47,837 bases of DNA from the NCBI GenBank assembly GCA_021784765.1, contig JAJYHN010000064.1, forward strand, positions 1 to 47,837, in the 5' to 3' direction. The notes below the pieces were generated by a model, which saw only the letters and a program-made list of their open reading frames with translations, was not told the DNA's origin and ran no database searches. Below are positions 1-9,335 of this stretch, piece after piece. A program made the position numbers and the translations under genes. This DNA is from Actinomycetes bacterium (GTDB taxonomy: Bacteria > Actinomycetota > UBA4738). Each line of letters begins with the position of its first letter. Position 1 is the first letter of the stretch.

Positions 1-520
1 GGGTTCACACCGCCAAACACCCCGGCCGAGATCGCGGCCGCGAGCCCCGCCGACAGTGCCAGGATGTCGACCACGAAGGCCACGAGCCGCCGCAGCGGCG
101 AGGCGAGCGACGTGACGGCCTGGGCCCCGGCCGGGGCGCGGTCCCAGGGCACCCCTGCGACGCCGGCGACCCCTGCCCCACCGCTCATCGATCCCGCGGC
201 GCCGCGTTCCTCTCCCGACCGGTCGCGGCGGCCCCGCCCGATGCCAATGCCCGCGCTGTTCGGCTCCAGCGCCTCGAACGCCGTCCACGCCGCGACCCAG
301 CCCTCGTCGGTGCGCGGGAAGGTTCGAACGGGTCCGCCGGGGACCTGCCGGTCCCAGATCCCGAAGATCCCGGGCCCGTACCCGAGGAGGTACCGGCTCC
401 CGGAGTGGCTGAACTGCTCGGCGCCCTCGCCGACCGCCGCCTCGGAGAGCCGGCTCGCGCAGCAGGGACACACGGCAGCGTCCGCCGGGACGGCCTCGGC
501 GCAGAACGGACAGGTCCGCA
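1..520 (-). CDS. zinc-ribbon protein with probable RDD-family membrane C-terminus (partial; 3' end runs off the window)
   Basis: My own minus-strand translation from ATG (518-520) gives MRTCPFCAEAVPADAAVCPCCASRL..., a CxxC-N11-CxCC zinc ribbon. Further on it reads ...SPLRRLVAFVVDILALSAGLAAAISAGVFGG, which looks like the start of an RDD-type hydrophobic domain. Codons are GC3-rich. It is absent from the supplied track because there is no stop inside the window. The overlapping plus ORF 64..534 is Pro/Arg/Ser-rich junk. Confidence 0.6.
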
Positions 521-558
521 TGCCGACAGCCTAGCCGACCGCCCGGAGGCCGCCGCCC

Positions 559-1740
559 TCAGCGGCCGCGCCGGCGCCCGAGCCCGGAGCGCCGCCCGCG
601 CCCAGAGGTGAACACCAGCCGCGGCGCGGCGACCGCCATGCCCTCACGGCGGAACTCCTCGTCGAGCTTCAGCCGCGCCGCCATCCGGCTGACGTCAGCC
701 TGCTGCTCGGGCTCCACGAAGGTCACCCCCGTGCCGCTGCGGCCGGCTCGCGCCGTCCGGCCGACGCGGTGCACGTAGCCCTTGTCGTCCTGGGGGGGGT
801 CGAAGTTCACGACGTGGGTGATGTGCTCGAGGTCGAGCCCGCGCGCCGCGACGTCGGTCGCGACCAGCGCCTCGGCCCTCCCCGACGAGAACCGCTGGAG
901 CGCCCGCTCGCGGGCAGCCTGTGTGAGGTCGCCGTGCATCGCCTCGACCCGGACCCCGAGGCGGCCGAGCTTGGTGGCCAGCCGGTCGGCGCCGCGCTTG
1001 GTCCGCACGAACACGAGGGTGCGCCCGGGCGCCTCGCGGATGAGCCCCGCGAGCGTCTCGACCTTCTCGCCGGACGCGACCGGGACGAACCGGTGCTCCG
1101 CCGAGTCCACGGTCTCGCGCGGGGCCTCGATCTCGTGACGGCGCGGCGTGCGCGTGTAGGCCGCCGCCAGGTTCGCGACCGCCCCGTCGAGCGTCGCCGA
1201 GAACAGCATGGTCTGCCGCTCGGTCGGGATCCGCCGGACGATGCGGTCGACCTGCGGCAGGAACCCCATGTCCAGCATGCGGTCGGCCTCGTCCAGGACG
1301 AAGACCGTCACCGCACCCAGCGTGACCATCCGCCGGGTGGCGAGATCCTCGAGCCGGCCCGGCGTCGCCACCAGCACGTGGGACCGCGCCGCCGCCTTCG
1401 CCTGAGCGGTCAGGCCGACCCCGCCGTAGGCGGCCGCCACGCGGAGGCCTCGGGCGGCCGCCACGTCGGTGAACTCGTCGGCCACCTGGACCGCGAGCTC
1501 ACGGGTCGGCACCAGGACCAGGGCCGCGGGCGCGGGTGCCGCCGGGTCGAGGCGCTCGACGATCGGCAGAGCGAAGGCCAGGGTCTTGCCCGAGCCGGTC
1601 TTCGACTTCGCGAGGACATCGTGGCCGGCGAGGGCGTCCGGCAGGACCATCGTCTGGATCGGGAAGGGCCCCGTGATCCCCCGGCGCCCGAGCGCCTCGG
1701 TCACGGGATGGGACACGCCGAGTTCGGCGAATGACGCCAT
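559..1740 (-). CDS. DEAD-box ATP-dependent RNA helicase
   Basis: 393-aa ORF with Q motif GITGPFPIQ, Walker A AKSKTGSGKT, DEAD box VLDEADRMLDMGF, SAT, HRVGRTARAG and an Arg/Gly-rich tail. AAGGAGGAG lies upstream of the ATG at 1738-1740. Confidence 0.93.
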   Translation of the reverse strand: MASFAELGVSHPVTEALGRRGITGPFPIQTMVLPDALAGHDVLAKSKTGSGKTLAFALPIVERLDPAAPAPAALVLVPTRELAVQVADEFTDVAAARGLRVAAAYGGVGLTAQAKAAARSHVLVATPGRLEDLATRRMVTLGAVTVFVLDEADRMLDMGFLPQVDRIVRRIPTERQTMLFSATLDGAVANLAAAYTRTPRRHEIEAPRETVDSAEHRFVPVASGEKVETLAGLIREAPGRTLVFVRTKRGADRLATKLGRLGVRVEAMHGDLTQAARERALQRFSSGRAEALVATDVAARGLDLEHITHVVNFDPPQDDKGYVHRVGRTARAGRSGTGVTFVEPEQQADVSRMAARLKLDEEFRREGMAVAAPRLVFTSGRGRRSGLGRRRGR

Positions 1741-1978
1741 GCTGCAGCTCCTCCTTGCCGCGGCGGTGCCGCGGGGTCATCGGGCGAGACTCGAAGCCCG
1801 ACGCCGCGGAGAAGCAGGAGCGGGAGACGAAATCTCACGGGACGGCGTCCGCCGTCCGTGCCCCGAGCGTAGCAGGCCGAAGCGGAAGATCCCGTGAAGG
1901 CTTGATGACGATCCCGCGCGCGTCCGGGCCGGCCCGCATACTGGAAGCGACCCGACGACCTACGGAGGTGAGCACCCG

Positions 1979-3433
1979 GTGAGCAGTCCCGACCTCACGA
2001 GCCACGGCCGCCGCGCGAAGCTCGTCTGTACCCTCGGGCCGGCGACGGCGACGCCGGAGGCCGTCCGGGCGCTGATCGACGCCGGCATGGACGTCGCCCG
2101 CGTGAACTTCTCCCACGGCACCGACGACGACCACGCCCGGGCCGTGCGCCTCGTGCGGGAGGCGACCGCGGAGGCGGGACGGGTCGTCGCGACCCTGGCC
2201 GACCTCTCCGGGCCCAAGATCCGCCTCGGCGAGATCCGTGCCGGGCACCTGCACCTGGAGCCCGGGGCCCGGTTCCTCCTGCGCGCCGACGGCAGGCCCG
2301 GCGACGCGACCGGTGCGTCGACGACGTATCCGGGTCTCGGCGCCGACCTTCGCCCAGGCGACCGCGTGCTGCTCGCCGACGGCGCCGTCGAGCTCATCGT
2401 CCGGGAGGTCGGCGCGGACGTGGTGACCGAGGTCGTGAAGTCCCTGCGGAAGGGACGGGTTGGCACCCGCTCGGGCGTGAACGTCCCCTCCGAGCGGCTC
2501 TCACTCCCCGCGATCACCGACAAGGACCGGGCCGACCTCGTTCGCGCCTTGGACCTCGGCTTCGACACCGTCGCCCAGTCGTTCGTCCGCTCGGCCGACG
2601 ACGTGCGGGAGCTGCGGGCGCTGATGGGCCGGCGCCGCGTGCCGATCGTGGCCAAGCTCGAGAACCGCTCCGCGGTCGAGAACGCGGAGGCGATCATCCG
2701 CACCGCCGACGCGATCATGGTCGCGCGCGGGGACCTCGGGGTCGAGATCGAGCTCGAGGAGATCCCCATCGTGCAGAAGGAGATCATCAGCCTCTGCCGC
2801 CGCACGGGCACCCCGAGCGTGGTCGCGACCCAGATGCTCGAGTCGATGGTCACCTCGCCGAAGCCGACCCGCGCCGAGGTCAGCGACGCGGCGAACGCGA
2901 TCCTCGACGGGGCCGACGCCGTGCTGCTCTCGGCCGAGACCGCCGTCGGGGAGTTCCCGGTCGAGGCGGCGGCCGCCGCGGCCAAGATCGCCGGCATCGC
3001 CGAGCAGCGCGGGCGGCGCTTCCGGCTGCGCCTGCCGAAGGCCGAGACCGGCACCACGGCACAGGCGATCGCGCGCGCCGGCGTCGAGGTGACCGAGACC
3101 GACCTCGACGTGTCGGCGATCGCCTGCTTCACGCGGACCGGCCGCACGGCCATGCTGGTGGCCGCGGAGCGGCCGGAGGTGCCCGTCTACGCGTTCTCTC
3201 CCGAGGAGCGCGTGGCGCGGGGCCTGGCGGGCGTCTGGGGCCTCACGCCCTGCCTGTCCGACGCCCCCGACGACGTCGACGGCCTCATCGCGATGATCGA
3301 CAAGCGGCTGGTGGCCGACGGCCTCGTGGAGGAGGGGCGGACGATCGTGCTGGTCGGCGCCGCCCCGGTCGGCCGCGCGCACACCAACCTGCTCAAGGTG
3401 CACGTGCTGGGGTCGCCGGCGTACCGGAGCTGA
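1979..3433 (+). CDS. pyk: pyruvate kinase
   Basis: 484-aa ORF with a GTG start preceded by GGAGGTGAG. Motifs: RRAKLVCTLGPAT, DVARVNFSHG, MVARGDLGVEI, ATQMLESM. Confidence 0.93.
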   Translation: MSSPDLTSHGRRAKLVCTLGPATATPEAVRALIDAGMDVARVNFSHGTDDDHARAVRLVREATAEAGRVVATLADLSGPKIRLGEIRAGHLHLEPGARFLLRADGRPGDATGASTTYPGLGADLRPGDRVLLADGAVELIVREVGADVVTEVVKSLRKGRVGTRSGVNVPSERLSLPAITDKDRADLVRALDLGFDTVAQSFVRSADDVRELRALMGRRRVPIVAKLENRSAVENAEAIIRTADAIMVARGDLGVEIELEEIPIVQKEIISLCRRTGTPSVVATQMLESMVTSPKPTRAEVSDAANAILDGADAVLLSAETAVGEFPVEAAAAAAKIAGIAEQRGRRFRLRLPKAETGTTAQAIARAGVEVTETDLDVSAIACFTRTGRTAMLVAAERPEVPVYAFSPEERVARGLAGVWGLTPCLSDAPDDVDGLIAMIDKRLVADGLVEEGRTIVLVGAAPVGRAHTNLLKVHVLGSPAYRS

Positions 3434-4190
3434 CCCGCCGCCGGCGTGCCCGCGCCACCAGCACCCCGGCGGCCGCGAACCCCGCCGCCGCCAGCGCCAG
3501 GCCGGCCCCCTCGACCGCGTCCCAGTGCCCCGGCACGCCCAACCAGAACCACTCGTCGACGAACCGCGCGATGCCCCAGAACCCGGCGCCGAGCGCGATC
3601 AGCATCCCGTCGGGCCGCTCTCGCCACCGCCGCTCGATCCAGAGCACCAGGGCGAAGATCACGAAGCACTCGATCGCCTGGAAGATCGGGACCGGGATCC
3701 GCTTGCCGACCTGCCCCGCGTACTCCAGCCCGTACCATGCCGTCGTCGGGCGACCCCCGCCCCGGATCATGAACTGCGGCCCGAGCAGCCGGCCGACCCC
3801 CCACCCGGCCAGCAGGACCGGCGCCGCAAGGTCCAGCGCCCGAGACAGCCCCAGGTCGGGGCAACGCTTGCGCGCGTAGTAGATGCCCGCTGGCACCCCG
3901 AACAGCAGCCCGCCGAATGAGGCCAGCCCCCCATGCCAGACGATCGGGATCTGGCCGGGGTTCGCGGCGTAGTAGTGGATGTTCGCGATGACGTGCACCG
4001 CGCGGGCGCCGACCAGCGAGATCACCACGATCCAGATTCCGTCGCGGTAGAGCCACTCCCATGGCTGCCCGGCCTGCCGGAACCGCCGCGCCATGTACCA
4101 GATCGAGAAGATGAACGTGATGGCGAGGCCGATGCCGTAGGTGTGGATCTGCAGCGGCCCGATGTGGAAGACGATGGGGACGGGCTTCAC
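3393..4190 (-). CDS. lgt: prolipoprotein diacylglyceryl transferase
   Basis: 265-aa polytopic membrane ORF. The N-terminus ...IGPLQIHTYGIGLAITFIFSIWY and the motif HGGLASFGGLLFG are typical of Lgt. Its 3' end overlaps pyk convergently by 41 nt. Confidence 0.88.
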   Translation of the reverse strand: MKPVPIVFHIGPLQIHTYGIGLAITFIFSIWYMARRFRQAGQPWEWLYRDGIWIVVISLVGARAVHVIANIHYYAANPGQIPIVWHGGLASFGGLLFGVPAGIYYARKRCPDLGLSRALDLAAPVLLAGWGVGRLLGPQFMIRGGGRPTTAWYGLEYAGQVGKRIPVPIFQAIECFVIFALVLWIERRWRERPDGMLIALGAGFWGIARFVDEWFWLGVPGHWDAVEGAGLALAAAGFAAAGVLVARARRRRVSSGTPATPARAP

Positions 4191-4245
4191 GTCGCCCAGC
4201 GTACCCGGTTACCACCGGGTGCGCGGCTCACGGCCCGGGCCGCCC

Positions 4246-5817
4246 TCAGGGCTCTCGGCTGAGGTTCGGGCCGAGATCGTCGCGCAGGACCCGCTTCAGG
4301 AGCTTGCCCGACGCATTCCTCGGCAGGTCGTCGACGAACAGCACGCGCTTCGGCGTCTTGAACGCCGCCAGGTGCCCGCGCACGTGTGCCATCAGCTCGT
4401 CCTCGGTCGCCAGCGCTCCCTCGCGGCGAACGACGACGGCCGTCACGGCCTCGATCCAGCGCGGGTCGGGCAGCGCGATGACCGCCACCTCCTTCACCGC
4501 CGGGTGGGTGTAGAGCGCCTCCTCGACCTCGCGCGAGGACACGAGGACGCCGCCCGTGTTGATCACGTCCTTCTTCCGGTCGACGACCCTCAGGTAGCCC
4601 TGCTCGTCGGCGACCACAAGGTCGCCCGAGTGGAACCATCCGCCCTCGAACGCCTCGGCCGTCTCCTCCGGCTTCTGCCAGTACCCGAGGCAGAGCTGCG
4701 GCGACCGGTACACGACCTCGCCCATCTGCCCGGGCGGGACGTCCCGCATGTCCTCGTCGACCACCCGGGCCTCGACGAACAGGACCGGCCGCCCGGCGGA
4801 GTCGGGCCGCTCGTCGTGGTCCTCGGGCCGCAGCACGGTCGCGAGCGGACCGATCTCGGACTGGCCGAAGCAGTTGTAGAACCCGATCCCGGGAAGCTGC
4901 GCCCGCAGGTCCTGCAGCACCGGCACCGGCATGATCGACGCCCCGTAGTAGGCCTTGCGCAGGCTCGAGAGGTCCCGCGCTGCGAAGTCGGGGTGGCTGC
5001 GAAGCCCGATCCAGAACGTCGGGGGGGCGAAGAAGCTGTCGATGCGGAGACGCTCGACGTGCTCGAGGACGGCGCCGGGATTCGGTTCCTCCAGCACGAC
5101 GTTCGAGGCCCCGAGGGCCAGGTACGGCATCAGGAACACGTGCATCTGCGCCGAGTGGTACAGGGGCAGCGCGTGCAGCGGGCGGTCCGCGCCCGAGAGG
5201 TCCAGGGCCTGGATGCAGCTCACGTACTCGTGGACCAGGGCGCGGTGCGTGAGCATCGCGCCCTTCGGCGCGGAGGTCGTCCCCGACGTGTACAGGAGCT
5301 GCACCAGGTCGGCATCGATCGGCCCGGTCCCCTCCTCCTCACCGTCGCCGGCGGCGCCTCCCTCGGCCGAGCCGGTCGCCGCCCACGCCAGAGCGTCGTG
5401 CGGCCCGGTTCCGTCCCGGAGCGTCCCGAGCGTCACGTCCCCGACGCGGCCCCGGATCGCCCCCACGCGGTCCTCCAGCGACGGGTCGAAGAAGAGCGCG
5501 CGGCTGCCCGACTGCTCGACGATGTAGGCGAGCTCGTCTCCGGCGAGGCCGAAGTTGATCGGGACGTGAACCATCCCGGCGCGCGCGCAGCCGAGGAACA
5601 GCAGGAGATAGGCGTCGGAGTTCTTCCCGTAGGCGGCCACCCGGTCGCCTGGCTCGAGGCCCAGGCCGCGGAGCCCCGTGGCCACCCTTGCGGCCGCGGC
5701 ATCGAGCTCGCCGTAGGTCCACGAGCGCTCGCCGAACGTCAGCGCCGTCCGCGCGGGGAACCGGCGGGCGCTGCGCCGGATCAGGTCGCCGATCGTGTTG
5801 CGGAGATACGGTTCCAT
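4246..5817 (-). CDS. AMP-dependent acyl-CoA synthetase/ligase (FadD-like)
   Basis: 523-aa ORF with AMP-binding motifs LLYTSGTTSAPKGAML, GWFHSGDL, DRKKDVINTGG and PRNASGKLLKR. Confidence 0.9.
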   Translation of the reverse strand: MEPYLRNTIGDLIRRSARRFPARTALTFGERSWTYGELDAAAARVATGLRGLGLEPGDRVAAYGKNSDAYLLLFLGCARAGMVHVPINFGLAGDELAYIVEQSGSRALFFDPSLEDRVGAIRGRVGDVTLGTLRDGTGPHDALAWAATGSAEGGAAGDGEEEGTGPIDADLVQLLYTSGTTSAPKGAMLTHRALVHEYVSCIQALDLSGADRPLHALPLYHSAQMHVFLMPYLALGASNVVLEEPNPGAVLEHVERLRIDSFFAPPTFWIGLRSHPDFAARDLSSLRKAYYGASIMPVPVLQDLRAQLPGIGFYNCFGQSEIGPLATVLRPEDHDERPDSAGRPVLFVEARVVDEDMRDVPPGQMGEVVYRSPQLCLGYWQKPEETAEAFEGGWFHSGDLVVADEQGYLRVVDRKKDVINTGGVLVSSREVEEALYTHPAVKEVAVIALPDPRWIEAVTAVVVRREGALATEDELMAHVRGHLAAFKTPKRVLFVDDLPRNASGKLLKRVLRDDLGPNLSREP

Positions 5818-6860
5818 TCAGGCCCCCCCTCGAACTCCCACTTCAGCTGCCCGCAGGCGGCCTCGATCTCGCGGCCGCGGGTGTCTCGGACCGTGGCGTT
5901 GACCCCGGCCCGGCGCAGGGTCGACGAGAACCCCTCGATGCGGGCCGGGTCGCTCCCCCGCCACGGGCTGCCGGGGATCGGGTTCATCGGGATCAGGTTC
6001 ACGTGAGCGCGCAGGCGGAGCGCGATGCGCGCGAGCAGCGACGCCTGCCGGTCGTCGTCGTTCACGCCCTGGATCATCGCCCACTCGATCGAGGGCCGGC
6101 GGTGGGTGGCGTCCCGCCAGGCGGCGACCGCACCCTCCACGGCCGCCAGCGGCCACAGGCGGTTGGCCGGCACCAGCTCGTCGCGCAGGGCGTCGTCGGC
6201 GGCGTGCAGGCTGACGGCCAGCCCGACCTGGGGATGGTCGACCGCCAGCCGCCGGATCCCGGGGACGACCCCGACGGTCGAGACCGTGAGGTGGCGGGCG
6301 CCCAGGCCGATCCCCCGCGGGTCCGTCAGCCGGACGATGGCGCCCGACACGTGCCGGTAGTTCGACAGCGGCTCGCCCATCCCCATGAACACGACGTTGG
6401 TGAGCCGGCCGGGCGTGAAGCCCGGCAGGCGGACCGCCGCTCGCCGCGCCCACACGACCTCTGCCGCGATCTCGCCGGCGGTGAGGTTGCCGAGCAGTCC
6501 CATCTGCCCGGTCGCGCAGAACCCGCAGCCCATGGCGCATCCAACCTGCGACGAGATGCAGACGGTCACGCGGTCGCGGTAGCCGATCACCACCGTCTCG
6601 ACGACGTGCCGCCCACCGAGGCGCAGCAGACCCTTCCGCGTCCGGCCTCCGTCGGCCTCCCGCTCCTCGAGCAGCTCGACCCCGAGCGGGAGCTCGGCCG
6701 CCAGCCGCTGGCGCAGGGCCGCCGGCACGTCGGTCATCTCCTCGTAGACGGCCGCCCGCCGCCAGAGGCCGTCGTGGACCTGGCGCGCCCGGAACGCCGG
6801 CTCGCCCCAGGATACGAGCCGCTCGGTGAGCTGTTCGATCGAGAGGTCGTAGACGCCCAC
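5781..6860 (-). CDS. rlmN: 23S rRNA/tRNA (adenine-C2)-methyltransferase, radical SAM
   Basis: 359-aa ORF with the radical-SAM cluster CISSQVGCAMGCGFCATGQMG, plus GMGEPL and C-terminal ACGQL. The 3' end overlaps the fadD-like start by 37 nt. Confidence 0.92.
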   Translation of the reverse strand: MGVYDLSIEQLTERLVSWGEPAFRARQVHDGLWRRAAVYEEMTDVPAALRQRLAAELPLGVELLEEREADGGRTRKGLLRLGGRHVVETVVIGYRDRVTVCISSQVGCAMGCGFCATGQMGLLGNLTAGEIAAEVVWARRAAVRLPGFTPGRLTNVVFMGMGEPLSNYRHVSGAIVRLTDPRGIGLGARHLTVSTVGVVPGIRRLAVDHPQVGLAVSLHAADDALRDELVPANRLWPLAAVEGAVAAWRDATHRRPSIEWAMIQGVNDDDRQASLLARIALRLRAHVNLIPMNPIPGSPWRGSDPARIEGFSSTLRRAGVNATVRDTRGREIEAACGQLKWEFEGGPEWNRISATRSAT

Positions 6861-6869
6861 GACGCGAGA

Positions 6870-7478
6870 CTAGCCGGCCGGCCGCCGCGCCCGGACCAGG
6901 GCGTCCAGCGCCACGCCGGGGCCGCCGTGCCCTTCGGCCTCGACCGTGCGCGTGACGCGCTCGGCGCGCTCGACCTCCAGCCCCGGCGGGAGGTCCCCGA
7001 TCAGCTCCTCGGCCGTGTACAGGACCGCTGGGTCGCGCGGACCCCCGACCCCCTCCTCCAGGTTCGAGCGATCGTGCCCGACGATCAGCAACGTCCCGCC
7101 AGGGGCCAGGGCGGCGGCCGCGCGCACCAGCACCGTCCGGCGCCACTCGGCCGGCAGGTGGAGGTAGACGAGAAGCACCAGGTCGAACGCGCCGGGCTCG
7201 GGCTCGAACTCGAGCAGGTCGGCCAGGACCCAGGTCACCCGCACGTCCCGCGACCCTGCCAGCCGCTCGGCCTTGGCCAGCCCGGCCTCCGAGAAGTCGA
7301 CGCCGGTGACGTCCCAGCCCTGCTCGGCCAGCCAGATCGCGTTGCGACCCTCCCCGGTCCCGAGGTCCAGCGCCCGCCCCGGGATCATCCCCTCCACCTC
7401 CCGGCGCACGAACACGTTGGGCTCGGTCGACCACACGAGCTCCGAGTCCGCGTACCGGCTGTCCCAGTGCCCTCGCAT
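6870..7478 (-). CDS. class I SAM-dependent methyltransferase (TehB-like)
   Basis: Track ORF 6870..7748 trimmed to the internal ATG at 7476-7478, which is preceded by GGGAGGAAC. Sequence MRGHWDSRY...ALDLGTGEGRNAIWLAEQGWDVTGVDFS contains SAM motif I. The upstream 90 codons are Arg/Gly-rich and not protein-like. Confidence 0.8.
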   Translation of the reverse strand: MRGHWDSRYADSELVWSTEPNVFVRREVEGMIPGRALDLGTGEGRNAIWLAEQGWDVTGVDFSEAGLAKAERLAGSRDVRVTWVLADLLEFEPEPGAFDLVLLVYLHLPAEWRRTVLVRAAAALAPGGTLLIVGHDRSNLEEGVGGPRDPAVLYTAEELIGDLPPGLEVERAERVTRTVEAEGHGGPGVALDALVRARRPAG

Positions 7479-7632
7479 GTCGTTCCTCCCGGATGCCACC
7501 GTGCCTCCTGCGGTCGCGGACGATCGTCTCCCACGATACCGGGCCGTCCGTCCGCCTCGGAAGAGGACGGCCGGCGTTGACCCGCGCCGTGCGCCGGAAC
7601 CAAGCTTGAACGGGATCGGAGAGGACGCCGCC

Positions 7633-8577
7633 ATGGGACGCGAGCCGCGACGGGGCATCGCCGGGGGCCGCCCGGCGCCACCGGTGGCGGGGATGGTGGC
7701 CCTGGCCCTCCTGGCGGTCGCGTGTGGTGCGCCGTCGCCCTCGGGCACGGGGCGGCCGCTGGTCGTCGCGAGCTTCTATCCGCTGTACGAGGCCGCCGTC
7801 GTCGTGGGCGGGCCCTGGGTCCGGGTCACGAACCTCACGCCGGCGGGGGTCGAGCCGCACGACCTCGAGCTCGCCCCGCCGACGGTCGCCACCCTGCTGT
7901 CGGCCGACGTCGTCGTCTACGAGGGCGGCGGGTTCCAGTCGGCCGTGGAGGCCGCCGTCCGGCAGCGTCGCGGCGGGGCAGCGCTGGACGTCCTGGCGGG
8001 CCTCCGGGGCCTCCGGCCGGCCGGCGGGGGCGAGGGCCTCGGGGGCTCCGTGGACCCGCACGTCTGGCTGGACCCGGTGCTCTACCGGGAGATCGTCTCG
8101 CGGATCGCCGGCGCGCTGGCGTCGGTCGATCCGGCCCACCGCCAGGCGTTCCTTCGGAACGCGGCGGCCTTCCGGAACCGCATCGGGGCGCTCGACGCGC
8201 GCTACCGGACTGGTCTCGCCTCGTGTCGCAGCCGCGTGCTCGTGACCGCGCACGCGGCCTGGGGGTACCTCGCGGCTCGCTACGGCCTGATCGAGGAGCC
8301 GATCACCGGCATCTCGCCCGAGAGCGAGCCCGACCCCAGGCACCTCGCAGAGCTCGCGGCGCTGGTCCATCGGGCGCACGTGACCACGATCTTCACCGAG
8401 ACCCTGGTCTCGCCGCGGGTCGCCGAGGCCCTCGCCCGATCGGCCGGCGTGCGGACGGCCGTGCTCGACCCGCTCGAGGGCCTCACGCTGGCGCAGCAGC
8501 AGGCCGGGGCCACCTACCTGGGCGTGATGGGCCAGAACCTCGAGGTGCTCCGAGCCGCGCTGGGGTGCGGGCCGTGA
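7633..8577 (+). CDS. metal (Zn/Mn) ABC transporter substrate-binding lipoprotein, ZnuA/TroA family
   Basis: Track ORF 7273..8577 trimmed to the ATG at 7633. Signal peptide with lipobox-like MVALALLAVAC. Motifs PHDLEL, VDPHVWLDP, HAAWGYLA and TIFTE are typical of cluster-9 metal SBPs. Confidence 0.85.
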   Translation: MGREPRRGIAGGRPAPPVAGMVALALLAVACGAPSPSGTGRPLVVASFYPLYEAAVVVGGPWVRVTNLTPAGVEPHDLELAPPTVATLLSADVVVYEGGGFQSAVEAAVRQRRGGAALDVLAGLRGLRPAGGGEGLGGSVDPHVWLDPVLYREIVSRIAGALASVDPAHRQAFLRNAAAFRNRIGALDARYRTGLASCRSRVLVTAHAAWGYLAARYGLIEEPITGISPESEPDPRHLAELAALVHRAHVTTIFTETLVSPRVAEALARSAGVRTAVLDPLEGLTLAQQQAGATYLGVMGQNLEVLRAALGCGP

Positions 8578-9335
8578 CGCCGGCATCGTCTTCGCCCCTG
8601 CTGCTCGCACGGGGGGTCGGCGTGAGCCTCGGGGGCCAGGTCGTCCTGCGCGACGTGAACCTCGCCCTTGGCCCCGGCGAGTTCGTGGCGCTCGTCGGCC
8701 CGAACGGGGCGGGGAAGTCGACGCTGCTGCGGGTCGTGATCGGGCTGCTGCACCCCGATACCGGCACCGTCCGCCTGTTCGGCGCCGACCCCGCGGAGTT
8801 CGGCGAGCGGTGGCGCCTCGGCTACGTGCCCCAGCAGCCCACGCTGCAGTCCGACGTGCCGGCCACCGTCGAGGAGGTCGTCGCCGCCGGGCGTCTGCCC
8901 CGGGGACGGTGGTGGGGGCGGCCGGGCCCGGCCGACCGCGAGGCCGTGACGCACGCGCTCGAGGCGGTGCGCCTCGTCGAGCTGCGCCGCCGGCGCATCG
9001 AAGAGCTGTCCGGTGGCCAGCGGCAGCGCGCGTTCATCGCGAAGGCGCTCGCCTCTTCGCCGGAGCTGCTGATCCTCGACGAGCCGGTCGCAGGCATCGA
9101 CGCCGAGTCCCAGCGCCATTTCCGGGAGACCGTCACGCATCTGGTCCGCGAGCACGGAGGCGCCGTGCTGCTGGTCTCCCACGAGCTGGGCGCGGTCGCG
9201 GCGGACCTCGACCGGGTCGTCGTGCTGCGCCAGACCGTCCTGTACGACGGCACCCCGTCCGGACTGATCGAACGCGGGGTGAGCCTCGGGGTCCACCGGG
9301 AGGACCTGCCGCTGTGGCTGGAGGGGCTGCGATGA
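8574..9335 (+). CDS. metal ABC transporter ATP-binding protein (ZnuC-like)
   Basis: GTG at 8574 overlaps the upstream TGA (GTGA). Walker A GPNGAGKST, signature LSGGQRQR, Walker B LLILDEP. Confidence 0.9.
   Translation: MTPASSSPLLLARGVGVSLGGQVVLRDVNLALGPGEFVALVGPNGAGKSTLLRVVIGLLHPDTGTVRLFGADPAEFGERWRLGYVPQQPTLQSDVPATVEEVVAAGRLPRGRWWGRPGPADREAVTHALEAVRLVELRRRRIEELSGGQRQRAFIAKALASSPELLILDEPVAGIDAESQRHFRETVTHLVREHGGAVLLVSHELGAVAADLDRVVVLRQTVLYDGTPSGLIERGVSLGVHREDLPLWLEGLR

Noticed and set aside
64-534. Plus-strand 156-aa ORF at the left edge of the window.
   Set aside because: Its composition is Pro/Ala/Ser/Arg-rich and not protein-like. The opposite strand encodes a convincing zinc-ribbon/RDD-like protein with GC3 bias, starting at 520.
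3393-3433. The 41-nt convergent overlap of pyk and lgt 3' ends and the 37-nt overlap of the rlmN 3' end with the fadD-like start (5781-5817), as possible signs of a frameshift or mis-called gene.
   Set aside because: All four proteins show intact family motifs up to their conserved C- or N-terminal regions. The overlapping tails are short low-complexity extensions, as expected where stop codons are rare.
7479-7632. Zur/metal-regulator operator in the divergent region upstream of the metal ABC importer. I also noted an 8-bp GGCCGTCC...GGACGGCC inverted repeat near 7541-7575.
   Set aside because: There is no AT-rich Zur-type palindrome. The GC-rich inverted repeat is not positioned as a terminator (both flanking genes diverge from it) and could arise by chance in GC-rich DNA.
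5818-8610. Very long antisense or out-of-frame ORFs in the track. Examples: 5818..8610 (-) 930 aa, 8822..10864 (-) 680 aa, 9691..12066 (-) 791 aa, 28336..31644 (-) 1102 aa, 4141..6006 (+), 22209..24053 (+), 42655..45066 (+).
   Set aside because: Their translations are dominated by Arg/Pro/Gly/Ala runs with no recognisable motifs. Each lies opposite or out of frame to an ORF with clear family signatures. Long stop-free stretches in non-coding frames are expected at this GC content.
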